Assembly (NCBI GenBank): GCA_048128005.1
Contig: JBEUKZ010000111.1
Coordinates: 310,001 to 374,000 of the forward strand
Source: Veleropilina oligotropha
Lineage: Eukaryota
Length of the DNA stretch: 64,000 nt
Reading direction: 5' to 3'
Part shown: positions 1 through 11,999 of the stretch, piece by piece
Position numbering within the stretch: position 1 is the stretch's first letter
Layout of the letters: every line of letters starts with the position of its first letter
Notes under the pieces: model-generated
What the model was told of the DNA's origin: nothing
Databases searched by the model: none
Seen by the model: only the letters and a program-made list of their open reading frames with translations
Translations under genes and position numbers: made by a program

Positions 1-684
1 AAAGATTTGGGTGTATGGGTAGACAAGACGTTTAAACCATCAAATCAATGTGCAGAATCAGCTAAAAAGGGAAATCAAATATTGGAAATGATAAAGAGAA
101 ACTTTAATTTAAATCCAGAGTCATCATAACACGCTTATACAAGCAAATGGTTAGACCGCATTTAGAATATGCAGTGCAAGCATGGAACCCATATCTTGCA
201 AAGGATATCAAAATTCTTGAACAAGTTCAAAGAAGAGCCACAAAATTGATAGGCGAATTGAGAAAATTACTTTATGAGGATAGACTAAGAGCACTTAACC
301 TCATAACATTGTCTTTGAGAAGGACACGGGGGGATATGATTCAGGTATTTAAAATGTTTACAGGAATTGACAATGTTGACAGTACTTTCTTTTTTCCGAT
401 GAACCAAAGACCTACTAGGGGCCATAAATACAAAGTTTACAAAAAAAGATTCCGACTAGACGTTAGAAAACACTTTTTCTCAAATCTTGTTGTCGATGAA
501 TGGAACAGTCTTCCTAGTAATGTAGTAGAATCAACATCTGTAAACCAATTTAAAAACCGCATAGATGCTTATTTTAAGAAACAGGGCAGGCTATAGATGA
601 CCAGAAACGACAATGGGTTATAATATGAGTGGCAGTAAAGCATTTCCTAAACCCAAACAAATTATATTTAAATCTATTTAAATC
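1..684 (+). mobile_element. 3' end of a CR1-like LINE (ORF2 C-terminus, ORF 147-596)
   Basis: VRPHLEYAVQAWNPY, RGDMIQVFK, TRGH..K, RLDVRKHFFS..VV..WN.LP are typical CR1 ORF2 C-terminal motifs; short AT-rich repeated tail near 660-684. Confidence 0.8.
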
Positions 685-1084
685 GCTGAAACAATCAGTC
701 CGTTTGCAACCAGAGAGCAGTTAGGCTTGACGAGTGATCTGCTTTTTAATTGATCCTCCAGTCTTGACAATACAAGTCTTTGTGTCATGCAATGGACCAA
801 TTAGAAGCTGAAAATAGCAGCTTCAGGAGCCAATTAGAGGATAACGCGAAATCTCTTGTCAACGCTCGGAAGAGATTAAAACGCTTCAGAGAAGACAAAT
901 ACATGAGTATTCTTGACGAAAACCAGAAATTAAAAGATGAAAACGAATTGAAACAACAAACCGTTGATCAAATGAACAATCAGTTATCTACCAATCGAGC
1001 TGATTTGAAATTAGCACAGCAGGAAAATAAATGTTTGGTAGAAGAACTGAGAATAGCAAATGCACAATGCGAGCAACAGATTGA

Positions 1085-1240
1085 CAATCAATCAATCAAT
1101 CAATTCTTTATTGGCACAAGATCCATGTGCAAAAAGATATAGCCAAGAAAATAATATATATATACGTTCACAGACACACAATACAATACAAAAGTATAAC
1201 CAGTTACGGATACATAATACAAGGTGCTACCCCGATATAT
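1085..1240 (-). mobile_element. 3' UTR and tail of the minus-strand LINE that hosts the Sola2 and Polinton-like insertions
   Basis: Minus strand reads AATAAA followed by (ATTG)n at ~1085-1112; lies directly beyond the Sola2 insertion relative to the LINE ORF2 end at 6484-7150. Confidence 0.6.
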
Positions 1241-2355
1241 GAGTGTTTCCATAAATTCAGGGTCAAATGTCAATTTGATTCTGATAATCTAAATGTTGCA
1301 ATATTGACTTGAATTTTCTTTGGAACAGCTTTAAAGTGACCTACCTATTACCCAAAATAGGCAGCAGCGCTGAATTTCAACTATAATCAATATTTAATGA
1401 GGTAATTAATTACAGACATGTCGTGTAGCTGACATCAGTGTCATGTAGGTGACATAATACTAACTTCGCTGACCATGTTGCTTATTTCATTATATATATC
1501 AGACATATTTAGAAGGTAAATGCATTTGGTAATTTCCTTTGTTTCGCTAATAAGAAAAAAAATCACAAAGCAGTAATTAAAATTATTTATTAAAATAACG
1601 TTATGTAGTTGACAGAAACGTCATGCAGGTGACGTAAAAGTGATAATGTAATATGTTGTAACTTGACAATGTCTAATCCTTGATAATAGACACTATAGTG
1701 AACAAGCCACTTCTAGTAATTTGATATATAACTAGTAAATGAGAGTACTGAGTAATATTAACTAATTGTACATTAATTTTAGCACGTCATGCAGTTGACA
1801 GAAGCGTCACGTAAGTGACATAGCATTGATAACATGTATGTACTATGTGGCACCTTTACAAAATAGCAGACACTATGGTTAACAAATTAGTTGTAATAAC
1901 TTGATATATATATATATATATATGACTAGTAAATGAGCATATGAACTAATATTAACTAATTCTACATTCATTATAATATGCCATGTAGACAGAAGACATA
2001 GAACCCATAACATATATACTATGTGGTACTTTCACAAAATAGCAGACACAATTTTTAAATAATTGAAATTTTAAAATTAAATTGATCTAATGAGCATGTC
2101 AATTTGAAACATAATTCATGATCATGAGACTGACTTTACTGTCAGCACTAAAATATAGTAGCACCAATTAAGGTATAATTAAAAAAAGAAGCACCAGGTC
2201 CAGAACATGTAGATACATTTTCATTTTTACAATGACTACATATTACACAGGGTAAATATTATCTTCTTGTATATATTGCATATACTGTATGTATGTCACT
2301 AAAAGTTTGTTTTGTATTCTAGTTCAGAGATCATTATTAGTCTCAACACTGTGTT

Positions 2356-5354
2356 TCAAAGAAATACTTCATAAAATATCCTCCGAGATGTGCTCTTGGA
2401 TGCCATGGGCACGGGAGGTGGTACTCCTTTGATGAGGACACTCGATGGCTCCCAGGATTTGTCGTCATCAGATGGCCAATAGTATAATCCACCACGTTCA
2501 GCCATGTATAGCAGCTTCAGACAGAGTTCGCTTTCTGGTCTGATCTTCGTAATCTGGCAATAATAATCGACATTTATAATAATGGACATTTATATTGCGC
2601 CGTATCCGCCCATGTCGCACGCTCACAGCGCTATCACATAATGCAAGTAAATAACATAAAAAAAACTTTGTTAGTGCAGCTTTTCGTTATCAGAATGTTA
2701 TAATAACTCACATGCTACAACGTTATTGTAAACTATGCAATCATTATAGTAATAAAAACAATTACCTTGGCCACAAATCTGTTTTTGGCACTTGGCAGCT
2801 TCACCAAGATGAATTGGCCAGGCTGAAGCCTCTCAGTGATATCGGTCTCCGCTGACTGGCGTGTTTCTGTGCACGTGGTCTCTGCCGTTGCCACAGTCTC
2901 CATGTTCTCCGCTGACTGGCGTGTTTCTGTGGTCTCTGCCGTTGCCACAGTCTCCATGTTCTCCGCTGACTGGCGTGTTTCTGTGGTATCTGCAATCACT
3001 GCAGTCTCCGCTGACTGGCGAGTCTCTGTGCTATCCATACTCTTCTGGGTATCTGCAGTTTCCACTGGCTGGCGAGTATCTGTGGCGCATGCAGTCGCCA
3101 TGATCTCTGTGGTCTCCATTGACTGACGAGTCTCTGTGGTTTCTATTGTCTCCAGTAGCTGAGGGACCTGAACTGGATGTGGCAGAGCAACTGTCACATG
3201 ATGAGCATCGAAGCAGTCACACAGGTCTGGGTAGGAGCAGAAACAAGAGAGGTTTCTAACAGAGAGTAGGCCTGCTGACTGGGATCCCCGAGCGACCTGT
3301 ACTTGGTGGAGTTTCATTGTGCCACGTATCGGTTTCAGCCCTACAAACCTCCTGATGTAATCATCTTTCACAGTCACATCGTCTCCTTTGATGATGAAAA
3401 GGGCTACCTTTGTTCGGCTGCCCACCACATCGACAAAGGACTGTGCATTGTCGATAATGGCTCCAGTGTTGACTGCTTGGTCTGCTGTACGTTTTAAGAT
3501 GCCTCCAATGGCATCTGCAGCCCCCTTGCCATGTCCTGCCTCGAAAAAATTCCATGTGCATCCTTCTAGTCCTTGATCTTCTATTTGACTTAAAACTGCA
3601 AAGTTGTGTTTGTTTCGATATTGGGTGGTAGGCCCATCGCTCCAGAAGTTGATAAATGTTGTTCCTGGGACCTGTTCTTTAAGGTACTGGATGACTGGGC
3701 TCAAATGAGCCCAGATACTGGCTGGGTCGTGCCTGGTACAGTCCGATACCGTGCAGAAAGAGAGTGTCTTGTTTGCTATATAGGCGACTCCAGTATGCAA
3801 GGCCAACTGGTTATTTGATGCACCAAAATGGGCAGACTGAATGGCACGCACATGTCCACAGGTATAGTTTTCAGAGAAATCTATAATGACTGTTGGTGTT
3901 TCTTTCTCTTTGCTGATATAGTATTGGCCAAATTGGTGTTTCATCAGCTTTAAGTGCCAGCATAGAGCTGGCAGCAAAGCTTCAAACACCTGCTGGAGCT
4001 CTGCCACTGTACCTTGGAAAGCCATCTTGACAGTGCGTTGGACCTGCACTGGTTTTCCCTTGATTATTCTCTCCTCCTTCGTGGTCATCCACTTGTGCCA
4101 TGTAACTGTATCTTCTGGGTTTGCCACGTCAGTGGTGAATTTTAGGTTGTTTTTGCAATGACTGCACTTCCTCTCATAGCAGTTCATGTTTGGCTCTGTG
4201 CAAACTGCGGCTTTTACACAGGACTGTACATCATTTGTTCCACATGGTAAGCGTTTTAGTTGCTGCAGCCTTTCTACTATCATTCTTCCGTTCTCGTGCA
4301 GTTTGCACAAACAAGTTTCTCGATCTTCATTTGTTGGAGGGACAACATAGAATGGCCTCATCTTGCAGAATAGTGAGTAGCTGATGTGCCTCGTAGGATT
4401 TTCCATACAGTATTTGGTATGCAATCTATTCAGCGTTTCAGTGAGGATTCTTCGTTGTTTTTTTACTCCATACCTTGACTTCGTGTCATGTTTGCTTGTT
4501 GTTATCCGGCTGTTGTCATCACGGCAAAAGAATTCCCGGATGCTTTCAGCCAGTCTTCTTGCAAGAGAGTTATGTACTTTTCTATCGTAATGAGTAATGG
4601 AGTTCTCATACCGTGACGTCACATACTTCATGGATTGCCTTGGAATACCTAGGGATGTTGCAGAAGTACAGGACAGTTTGTACCTTCTAAGTCGTGCAGA
4701 CAGCATTTTGGTGATGCACTGCTTTTCCTTGTATGACTTGGAGTTTTTGTACCTGTTTTGGATTGCCAGACGAAGAGCAGCTCCAAAGAGCAGTGATTTC
4801 CGCACTCCGTGTGACACACGTTCATCACCAAGTAGTTGCCTGGTTTCTTTCTCAGGGGTCGAAATGTTGTTGGTAAATGTCTTATTTATGCGTTGAAGTC
4901 TTTTCTTCAAGCGTTCAGCGCGCCTCCTTTCTTGGACAAGTGCTCTTTCAAGAGATTTCACCTTTCGATACAGACAGCTTCTGTCCCTCCTTACTTGTTT
5001 GCGCCCACGATTCTTCTGGGTAGAACACTCTGGTTCTCTCTGTGGCGAATTGGCATCATGACTACTTGGAGGACTGATTGGAGGACTGTTTTCCTGCATA
5101 CGCTGCCTTTCTTCAGATTCCGTTTTCTTTTTTTCTCGACATTTTTTCTGGGATTCACGCCATCGTTTTTGTTGATGCCGGTTTTCCCTTTCAGTTGGTT
5201 TCTTAGTTTTGGTTTTATTGCGGTGGTAACGCTCTTTTTCCTTCTGTTTGAATACTTCAAAACGCTCAGGATCTGCACGGAGTTGCTCCATGTACTGTTG
5301 CTGCCTTTCGCGGCCTGCGGTGGGCCGAGATTTTCTGGTACCCCTGCCAGCCAT
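2356..5354 (-). CDS. Sola2-type DDD transposase, probably two exons (5354-2766 and 2553-2356)
   Basis: Motifs CLCKLHEN, IIDFSENY, SDCTRHD, WSDGPTTQYRNK, FFEAGHGKGAADAIGG; a GT..AG phase-0 intron at 2765-2554 joins FVAK to ITKIRP...YWPSDDDKSW; no internal stops. Confidence 0.75.
2840..3150 (-). repeat. Coding tandem repeats (ETTETRQSAENMETVATA-like) in the transposase C-terminal linker
   Basis: Repeated TCTCCGCTGACTGGCGTGTTTCTGT units on the + strand. Confidence 0.85.
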
Positions 5355-6483
5355 CTTCACAGTCTCTGGAATGACAGTCGATGTTGTATAAATTGAGTAC
5401 ACCGGTGATAGTAATAGTTAATAATGTGCATACCTGTAATTGTTACATTAGCTCAATAGTGGATAACATGCCAAGTTTAAAATTCACCTGTACAGTACAG
5501 TTGTGTCAACTCTATGACAAAATTTAGTCACCTACATGACAGACTCTTAATAACCGATTTATCTGAATAAATTCTGTGTTTTTAGTTTCAATATTGTTGT
5601 TTTATGGGTTTCACTTTGGATATAAAATGGTGCCATATTCTAATTATAGTTAGAGAAGACCGCATGCATGATTTTGTCAACAACATGACATCTGGTCAAC
5701 TACATGACATGGCTACGTCACGTAGGTGATCGTCATGTAGGTGACAATTTTACACAGTTTAGGCCAGGGGATGCAGCCAAGCGTCAGATTGCAGCTCAAA
5801 ATATGTCACGTAATACCTGTCCCTAGAGCGCTTTCATGCATATATAAACCAAAATGCATGTCACAGAATGTTACTCAGCAATACGTGTCACTTAAATGAC
5901 AGGGAATTAACACACGGGGAGCTGGGGGTACACAATTTGGGGATAGTTTGTTACCAACTCAAACAGGATCCATCGGCATCACACTAGTCAAAGCAGCCAT
6001 TGTTTTCGGTAAAATATATAAATAGCTGGCTGCTGATGCATCATGGGTACATGATATAAAGCATTTCATTTACTCCTGTCATGTAGTTGACAAAATACGC
6101 AGGGACAAACTACATGACGGTGCCAGCGTATGACATATGTGAAATTTTTATACTTTTTTGAGTGAATGATCTGAGTTAATTATGTTTACATGCTAGTAAA
6201 TAAAAAAACATGTTATATTGCCCTATGTCGATCATTGGTAACAGTTTGCCCAAGACTACCCCTACGTTGGGACATTGCTAAATCCCAATATTAACCTCCA
6301 GTGGTACATCCACATGCATTAAAAATATTATTTTAACACACAATATTGAAGTTTGTACATTTCGAGAACATCGTTTCTGTCAGAATATCAATACACAAGC
6401 CAAACAAATTATACACATACATGATCACAGGTTATTTAAAGGCAGGGACAACAATGTTAGTAAAAATATAGAAACACTCATAT

Positions 6484-7150
6484 AGCTGTGAAGGATTGTT
6501 TAATAATTACCAGGTTAATCTTTTGAAGCAGATAAAAGTTGCTCTCTAGTATTACAAATTTTGTAGATGAATTCAATGATACTTTTTGAAATTTCGCTGT
6601 CACCCAAATTGTAGCCCATAATAAAATGAATTTTTCCTCATTGTTTAATGATTTAAAGTTCGAAATAGACTCCAAATAATTAAATAAATATTGTCTTTCG
6701 CGGTGATATGAGGGGCAGAACATGGTAAATTGTTTTTCGTCCTCCACTGCAGGCGACTTTCACACTTTGCAGACTCTGTTTTCAACGGGAACACTAGGGG
6801 TATAATGTCTACCAACTTCAATTTGGAGAGAATGGGCACTAGTCCTTAATGTTTCTCACATAAAATATAATTGTATATAGCAAAATATTGTTTAAATAAA
6901 TCTGTAGGTTCGAAGTTTGCACCCCTGTCTATAGTTATCTGCAACGGTTCTGTTGATGTAATGAGCACAGTTGGACACATACCGATCTTTCATAGCACTT
7001 GTAAGGAGGTGTACAATTTTACCTTTATATTTAGATCCTTGGTTATTCCAAACTTCTTGGAGACCGAAACTGGACCAAATACTTTTTAAGTTGCATATCC
7101 AATTCTTATTTTGGTTAAGTATGGAAAATGAATCTAAATATGATTGATAA
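6484..7150 (-). pseudogene. LINE ORF2 C-terminal part (RTEX/L2-group-like, Cys-rich end), frameshifted
   Basis: Continues the ORF from 23969 across the Polinton-like insertion (PKSLV|YQSYLDS); EDE..F...CP.Y...R zinc-finger-like end. Confidence 0.7.
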
Positions 7151-7155
7151 ACTAG

Positions 7156-7294
7156 AGCAGCAGGGGGGGTCAGTAGACTTTTTAGAATGGGAAAATAAGG
7201 CTCCCAGCACCTTTTCAGAATTAATATGGATCTCAACTCAGCAGCAGGGGGGGTGAATGCACTTTTTAGAATGGGAACATAAGGCTCCCAGCAC
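7156..7294 (+). repeat. Left terminal inverted repeat
   Basis: About 98 bp perfect reverse complement of the right end, then imperfect to GCTCCCAGCAC; terminal module repeated at 7156 and 7240, variant near 7418-7460. Confidence 0.92.
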
Positions 7295-7487
7295 CCGTTC
7301 CGAGCCTAGGGTAGCTTAGAGTAGGGATGAATGCACCTTTTCCGACCCAACGTAGACTATATAGAGCCCCCAGGGACGGCACACTACCCTCGCCGGCCCG
7401 GGCTCCTCAGTTATGCGAGCAGTAGCAGGGGGGGTGATTGGCCTTTTTAGAATGGCAAAATAGCAGCCCGGCGAAGGCTACAGGACA

Positions 7488-7676
7488 TCACTGAGGGCCC
7501 GCCAGCGTTTGATTTCGTACAACTCCCTTTCTACCGTCTTTGGTCTTCTTCTTATATATCGCTTGTTCACCATCGTCGAGTACAACGATCAAAACGTTAT
7601 AGCCCCGGTTTAAGAGGTTTTTAACGCGCCTGAAGCTCCGTTCGCTGTACAGCGTAGGAATGTCTTCCTGCGGCAT
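7488..7676 (-). CDS. Small hypothetical protein (probable start MPQEDIPT, 62 aa)
   Basis: ORF track 7488-7826; internal ATG has the same AGCAACATG context as the replicase start; no recognisable motif. Confidence 0.35.
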   Translation of the reverse strand: MPQEDIPTLYSERSFRRVKNLLNRGYNVLIVVLDDGEQAIYKKKTKDGRKGVVRNQTLAGPQ

Positions 7677-7784
7677 GTTGCTTTCAAGTATAACTACACA
7701 ACGTCTAACATGCCGGTTATTTCTCGCCGTGCACCGGGCTCGATATCTTAGTGTCATAATCTCTATTAGAGACTGGTATATACA

Positions 7785-8078
7785 ATGATAACCGCTATCA
7801 ATATGTGGGGAACGGACACCTGTCAATGGCTCACCATCAGCTCCACGGAGCTATGTGGTAAGAGATGCCTGAGAGAGTTTTGTAAAGTCCACCTGGCTCG
7901 GCAACGGCGAAATGGCCGGGGCACAAAACCCTGCAGCAAATGCGGGAAGGGCGTTTTCAACCGGCTTACGTTGTGTAAGGGCTGTGGGTATAAGAGTGAG
8001 AACGGTATGGACTGGCAACGAAAGAAAAGGGCCTTCGAGAGAGAGTTTCGGCGCATGGCTGCAATTTACCACACATAA
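7785..8078 (+). CDS. Small Cys/His-rich putative zinc-binding protein
   Basis: CxW..CGxxCxxEFCKxH and CxxC..CxxC pattern conserved with the homolog at 59153-59446. Confidence 0.7.
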   Translation: MITAINMWGTDTCQWLTISSTELCGKRCLREFCKVHLARQRRNGRGTKPCSKCGKGVFNRLTLCKGCGYKSENGMDWQRKKRAFEREFRRMAAIYHT

Positions 8079-8126
8079 ATCTCCTATTAGAGAAGTAAAG
8101 ATCCTAGTGTATACCCCCCCAGCAAC

Positions 8127-11100
8127 ATGGATGAACTGCGTGGTTTAGCGAAAGATTATGGGATTCCCGCTCGGTCGAAGCTCAAGAAGAACGACCTCAT
8201 CCGGGCAATAGCCGGGGTCCGTGCTGCGGAGTTTCGGAGGAGACTCGAGCGGGCGATGAAAACGGGAAGGTTCCCCTCCATACGTGGAGATGTGGAGAAC
8301 CCCCACAAAAGAGGCCGTCGTGCTCGCGAATTGCAGCAGCTTAAGGACGAGGTCGACGCCGCCCTGCAGGCTCGTAAATACGAAATCCGAGCTGAGAAAA
8401 AGCCCAGGATTCGACTGAAGCCACTTCGCGCCATCACGGATCGAATCGTCAAGCCACACCTGCACGGTCTGACCCGGTCTCGGAAAGAGACCCTTGCCCA
8501 GGCAATTGCTCGGAAGGGGCCCGATCTTCTCATCTCCAAAAAGCCCCGGACAGCCCAGGACTACCAGAAGGATCTTCTAGGGCTGTTTACCACAACAGAG
8601 GGGCAACCATTCATCGACCTGGATGTCCAGGCCCCTCCCCCAGTAAGGCTCCCGGCAAAAGAGCCATGGGTGGAACTCTTGAGCGACGCCAAAGTGGAGT
8701 TTGAGGTCGATGGCGCCGCAGCGGCCTTCTCCACATGGAGGGTAGAAGTGGACATTAAGATCGAACACGGCATCGAAGCGAGAGCTGGACGGCTGGCCCT
8801 GGATGCCCGTATGACAGACGCGAGGGCGGCACAGCTCCTCACAGCCCTTCCAAAGGGCGAGTATGTCCTTAGGATAAAGTTCTTGCGTGAGTGGAGTGAG
8901 GGCGACTGGGTGGTCGAAGACAAGTTTGACCCGGTGAAGGCTGCGAGAAAGAAGGGCCAGGGTGTCTTTGAGATATCCCATGACACTAAGCCGGGTGCTA
9001 TCACTTGGGTCGACAAAGTCTACTACGAGAACGCCTACCCGGTCACTGCAGTCGTCTTCGGCATCTACCCTCTCAGAGAACCAAACCCCGCCAATTTGGT
9101 ACCAATGAAAAACGGCGACCTTAACTGCGTTGCCCAGAGAGTGGTTGAGCACTTCGAAGGTGCCCTGAGAGGAAACGGACTAACTCCAATCAGGCGGTAG
9201 AAAATACAGGAGTGGGAAGAGCGAGTCCATGTAACAGGCGCCACTGTGGATGATATATCCATCCTCGAGAGGATCCTCAAACGGGCGATCATCGTGCGAG
9301 ACATCGCCGGTGCGGACATCTACAACAGTGGGAAGTACCGCGGTCAAGGAACCCATACGTTCAGAAACGTAGAACTCATCTGTCACAACGGCCACGCCTG
9401 GTCCAAGGACCTGCACTTCCCGCAGTCTCGCGAGGTCCACCTGTATGAGGGCGATGTCTGGGAAGCTATCCGACAAGCCACACATAATGAGCCATTAGCT
9501 GTCTGGCTCCTTGGCGGTACAGACCGACAGCTCAACGTGAACCAGTTCGTGCTTCAGGACGGCCGCACGTACAGGACAAAAGATGATCACGAGAGACTCC
9601 AAGAAGCCTGTACAGCGCTGGGGAATGAGTCTCTTGCCGATCGAGCCTTTGGCGTGAACCATGCAGCTAGCATTATGGCCAAAGAGACCAACGGCTGGAA
9701 ACCGACCCCAGCGGGCCTGCTCGATGACATCCAGAAGGCCTGTGTAGAGCATGGCCACGGCGGCCTGTGGAATTCCATGAATTACGACACGGGAGATGTC
9801 TGCTGCATCGATATGAAATCCTGCTACCCTGCAAGCTTTCTGGGGCAGGGCGAGGCCAAGCCATACTTCGAGCGATTCGGGCACCCACTCCACAGCATGA
9901 CTCGGGTCGCAATTAACGGTCCTCTTCCCGAAGATATCGGGACTGGCTTTGCTGAGGTCGTGGAGTGGGAGTTCGCACAAGACATCCACCCCATCATTCC
10001 CGCCTGGTTCGGAAAGCACTTTGCAGAGAATGGATGGGCCCCGACGCCTCTGCTCACCTACCTCGTAGACTCTGGACTGCTAAAACGCCTCAAGATCCGA
10101 GAAGCCATCATCGCATTCAAAAAGCAGATCGATGTCTGGCTTCCTCCGGATCGTGACCAGGGCTGCAGCATTATCGGCAATGGCAACAGATTGACACGGA
10201 GGCTGGTGATTGACCAGGGTGAGCTGGACTTCCTCGTAAGAGACACCCGCCAAAGCGGTACCCTGGTCGGCGCACCTCAAAGGTGCCCTATGGGGCACAT
10301 CCTCACGTACTATGATGGCTCGCAGCCACAGTACGCCCACCTGAGGGCATCGATGCTGGCCTATGCCCACATCAACCTCCTATCAATGCTTCAGCGTTTC
10401 ACCCCTGAGGAAGCTGTCCGAGTAGCCACTGACAGCATCTACCTCAAGAAGGCCTCGTTGGAGAAGCTCGACGATGTCACGGTGTACGTTGCCCCCAAAC
10501 TCTGCGACTGTGGCGAGAAATCGTGCATCTCCTGTCTGATCGGGGAGCCGTACCTTCCGCCAGTAGCACCGGCCCAGTGGCGTGACAAGGGCGAACAGCT
10601 GTACCTGCCACAGGAACATGCCGCATACCTGCCCAAGCCAGAGTATTGTTGTGCCGCCAATTCCAGCCAGCCAAGCACCGCGCCATGCTACAATGACACG
10701 CTGACCCACCATCGCCTGAGTTACCTCAACGGTGGAGGGGGCTGTGGCAAGACTACGAGAGCGATCGAGCTCTTCCGGGCAAGGAATCCCATTGTATTCA
10801 CGCCAACCCACCGCCTCGCTAAAGAGATGCGAACCAGAGGCGTCAAAGCCCAGACCTACCACAGCTTCTTCCGATGGAGCGGTCAGAGCGACTGGACACC
10901 TGACCGCATGGGTCAGAAGTTCATCCCTCGCGTCATTATCTGGGACGAGGTCTGTACTGTTCCGCGGCATATTCTAGAGATGTTCTTGGACTGGCTGGGC
11001 CACCACGAAGTTCAGGTTATCTGCTGTGGCGATCAAGGCCAGCCACCACCGATTACGGGGGAGATGCCGCACGATTGGCTGCGAAGGACTGCGGACTACT

Positions 11101-11999
11101 ATGAAGAGATCGAAGTAGACTACAGGGCGAAAGACGACCCTGCCCTCCAAGCCCTGAAAAGACGTATCCGCCTCCAGCCCGACAAAATCCAGTGCGGGGA
11201 AATGCGTAAGACGCTCCCCAGCTGCCTTGGATGGGACCGGTTCGTCAACACATGGAAGCCAGGCGACCTAATCCTCACAAGCCGTCAGAAGGTCCGCGAA
11301 CGGGCTCAAGAGCTGTTGCTCCAGAGGCACAAGGAGCACTTCCCAGACTCCCCGGTACCTATCCTGTACCACCCCAGGGACACCCGTAAGCAAAACATCA
11401 TGGTAACCATTCCGGGCACCGACGAAAGACAGGAGCTAGTTCTCAACGACGTCGTTGAGGTCACGATTGAGGCCGCTGAGCGGGCTATCCTGACCCCGGA
11501 TTGGCGCCTGGGCTATGCTCTCACCATCCATTCGAGCCAGGGTCTTACGATTCACGATCCACTGAAAGTCTGGATCATCGATGACTACCTTCAGTGGAGT
11601 AATCTCGCCTACCTAGCCATGTCCCGGGTGGAGCATCTGCATCAGCTCGAACGGGTAACCTGTCCTCCGGATGAGGGTGCTGAGGACAGGCCGCCCCAAA
11701 CCGAGCAGCAGGTTCGAAAGACCATCCAGAAAAAGCTTGTGGCATACAAACGCCAGGACCAGGCCAAGGATCTCCAGGGATTTAACCTCAAGGTCGATGA
11801 CATCCTGCAGCTTAAAGAAGCCCTTGACAACCGCTGCGCAGCATGCAACATAGAGCTGCTCTGGGCCTACCAGCCCAAAGACACACAGCAGTTCAGTGTC
11901 GACCGTGTGGACAACAGCAGGGGCCACATCCGTGACAACGTGCGCTTAACGTGCCTTGAATGTAACCGAAAAAGAGGATTTGCGGTTGTTAATGCCTGA
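8127..11999 (+). CDS. Replicase fusion: HeH/Rho-N-like N-terminus, divergent PolB core, SF1 (RecD/Pif1-like) helicase, HNH-like domain; one in-frame TAG at 9198-9200
   Basis: ORFs 8127-9200 and 9246-11999 share a frame; PolB motif A IDMKSCYP and motif C VATDS; helicase GGGGCGKTT, IIWDEV, GDQGQPPP, YALTIHSSQGLT, YLAMSRV; C-terminal CAAC..SVDRVDNSRGH..DNV..TCLECN. Confidence 0.85.

Larger units (their letters stand above)
1241..6479 (-). mobile_element. Sola2-like DNA transposon, full length
   Basis: Termini GAGTGTTTC (1241) and GAAACACTC (6471-6479); ATAT on both sides (1237-1240, 6480-6483); many subterminal GTCATGTAGNTGACA-like copies at both ends; internal transposase. Confidence 0.8.

Noticed and set aside
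780..1142. Coiled-coil ORF as a host gene
   Set aside because: Non-ATG start, runs into a LINE tail, no recognisable domain; probably a TE remnant
6892..7236. ORFs starting MRSILILKRCWEPYF (also within 23850-24170)
   Set aside because: Chimeric read-through of the TIR into the flanking LINE; the shared peptide only reflects the inverted repeat
8127..11999. Helitron Rep-helicase interpretation
   Set aside because: No HUH Rep motifs; PolB-like motifs, TIRs, TSD, integrase and capsid genes point to a Polinton-like element
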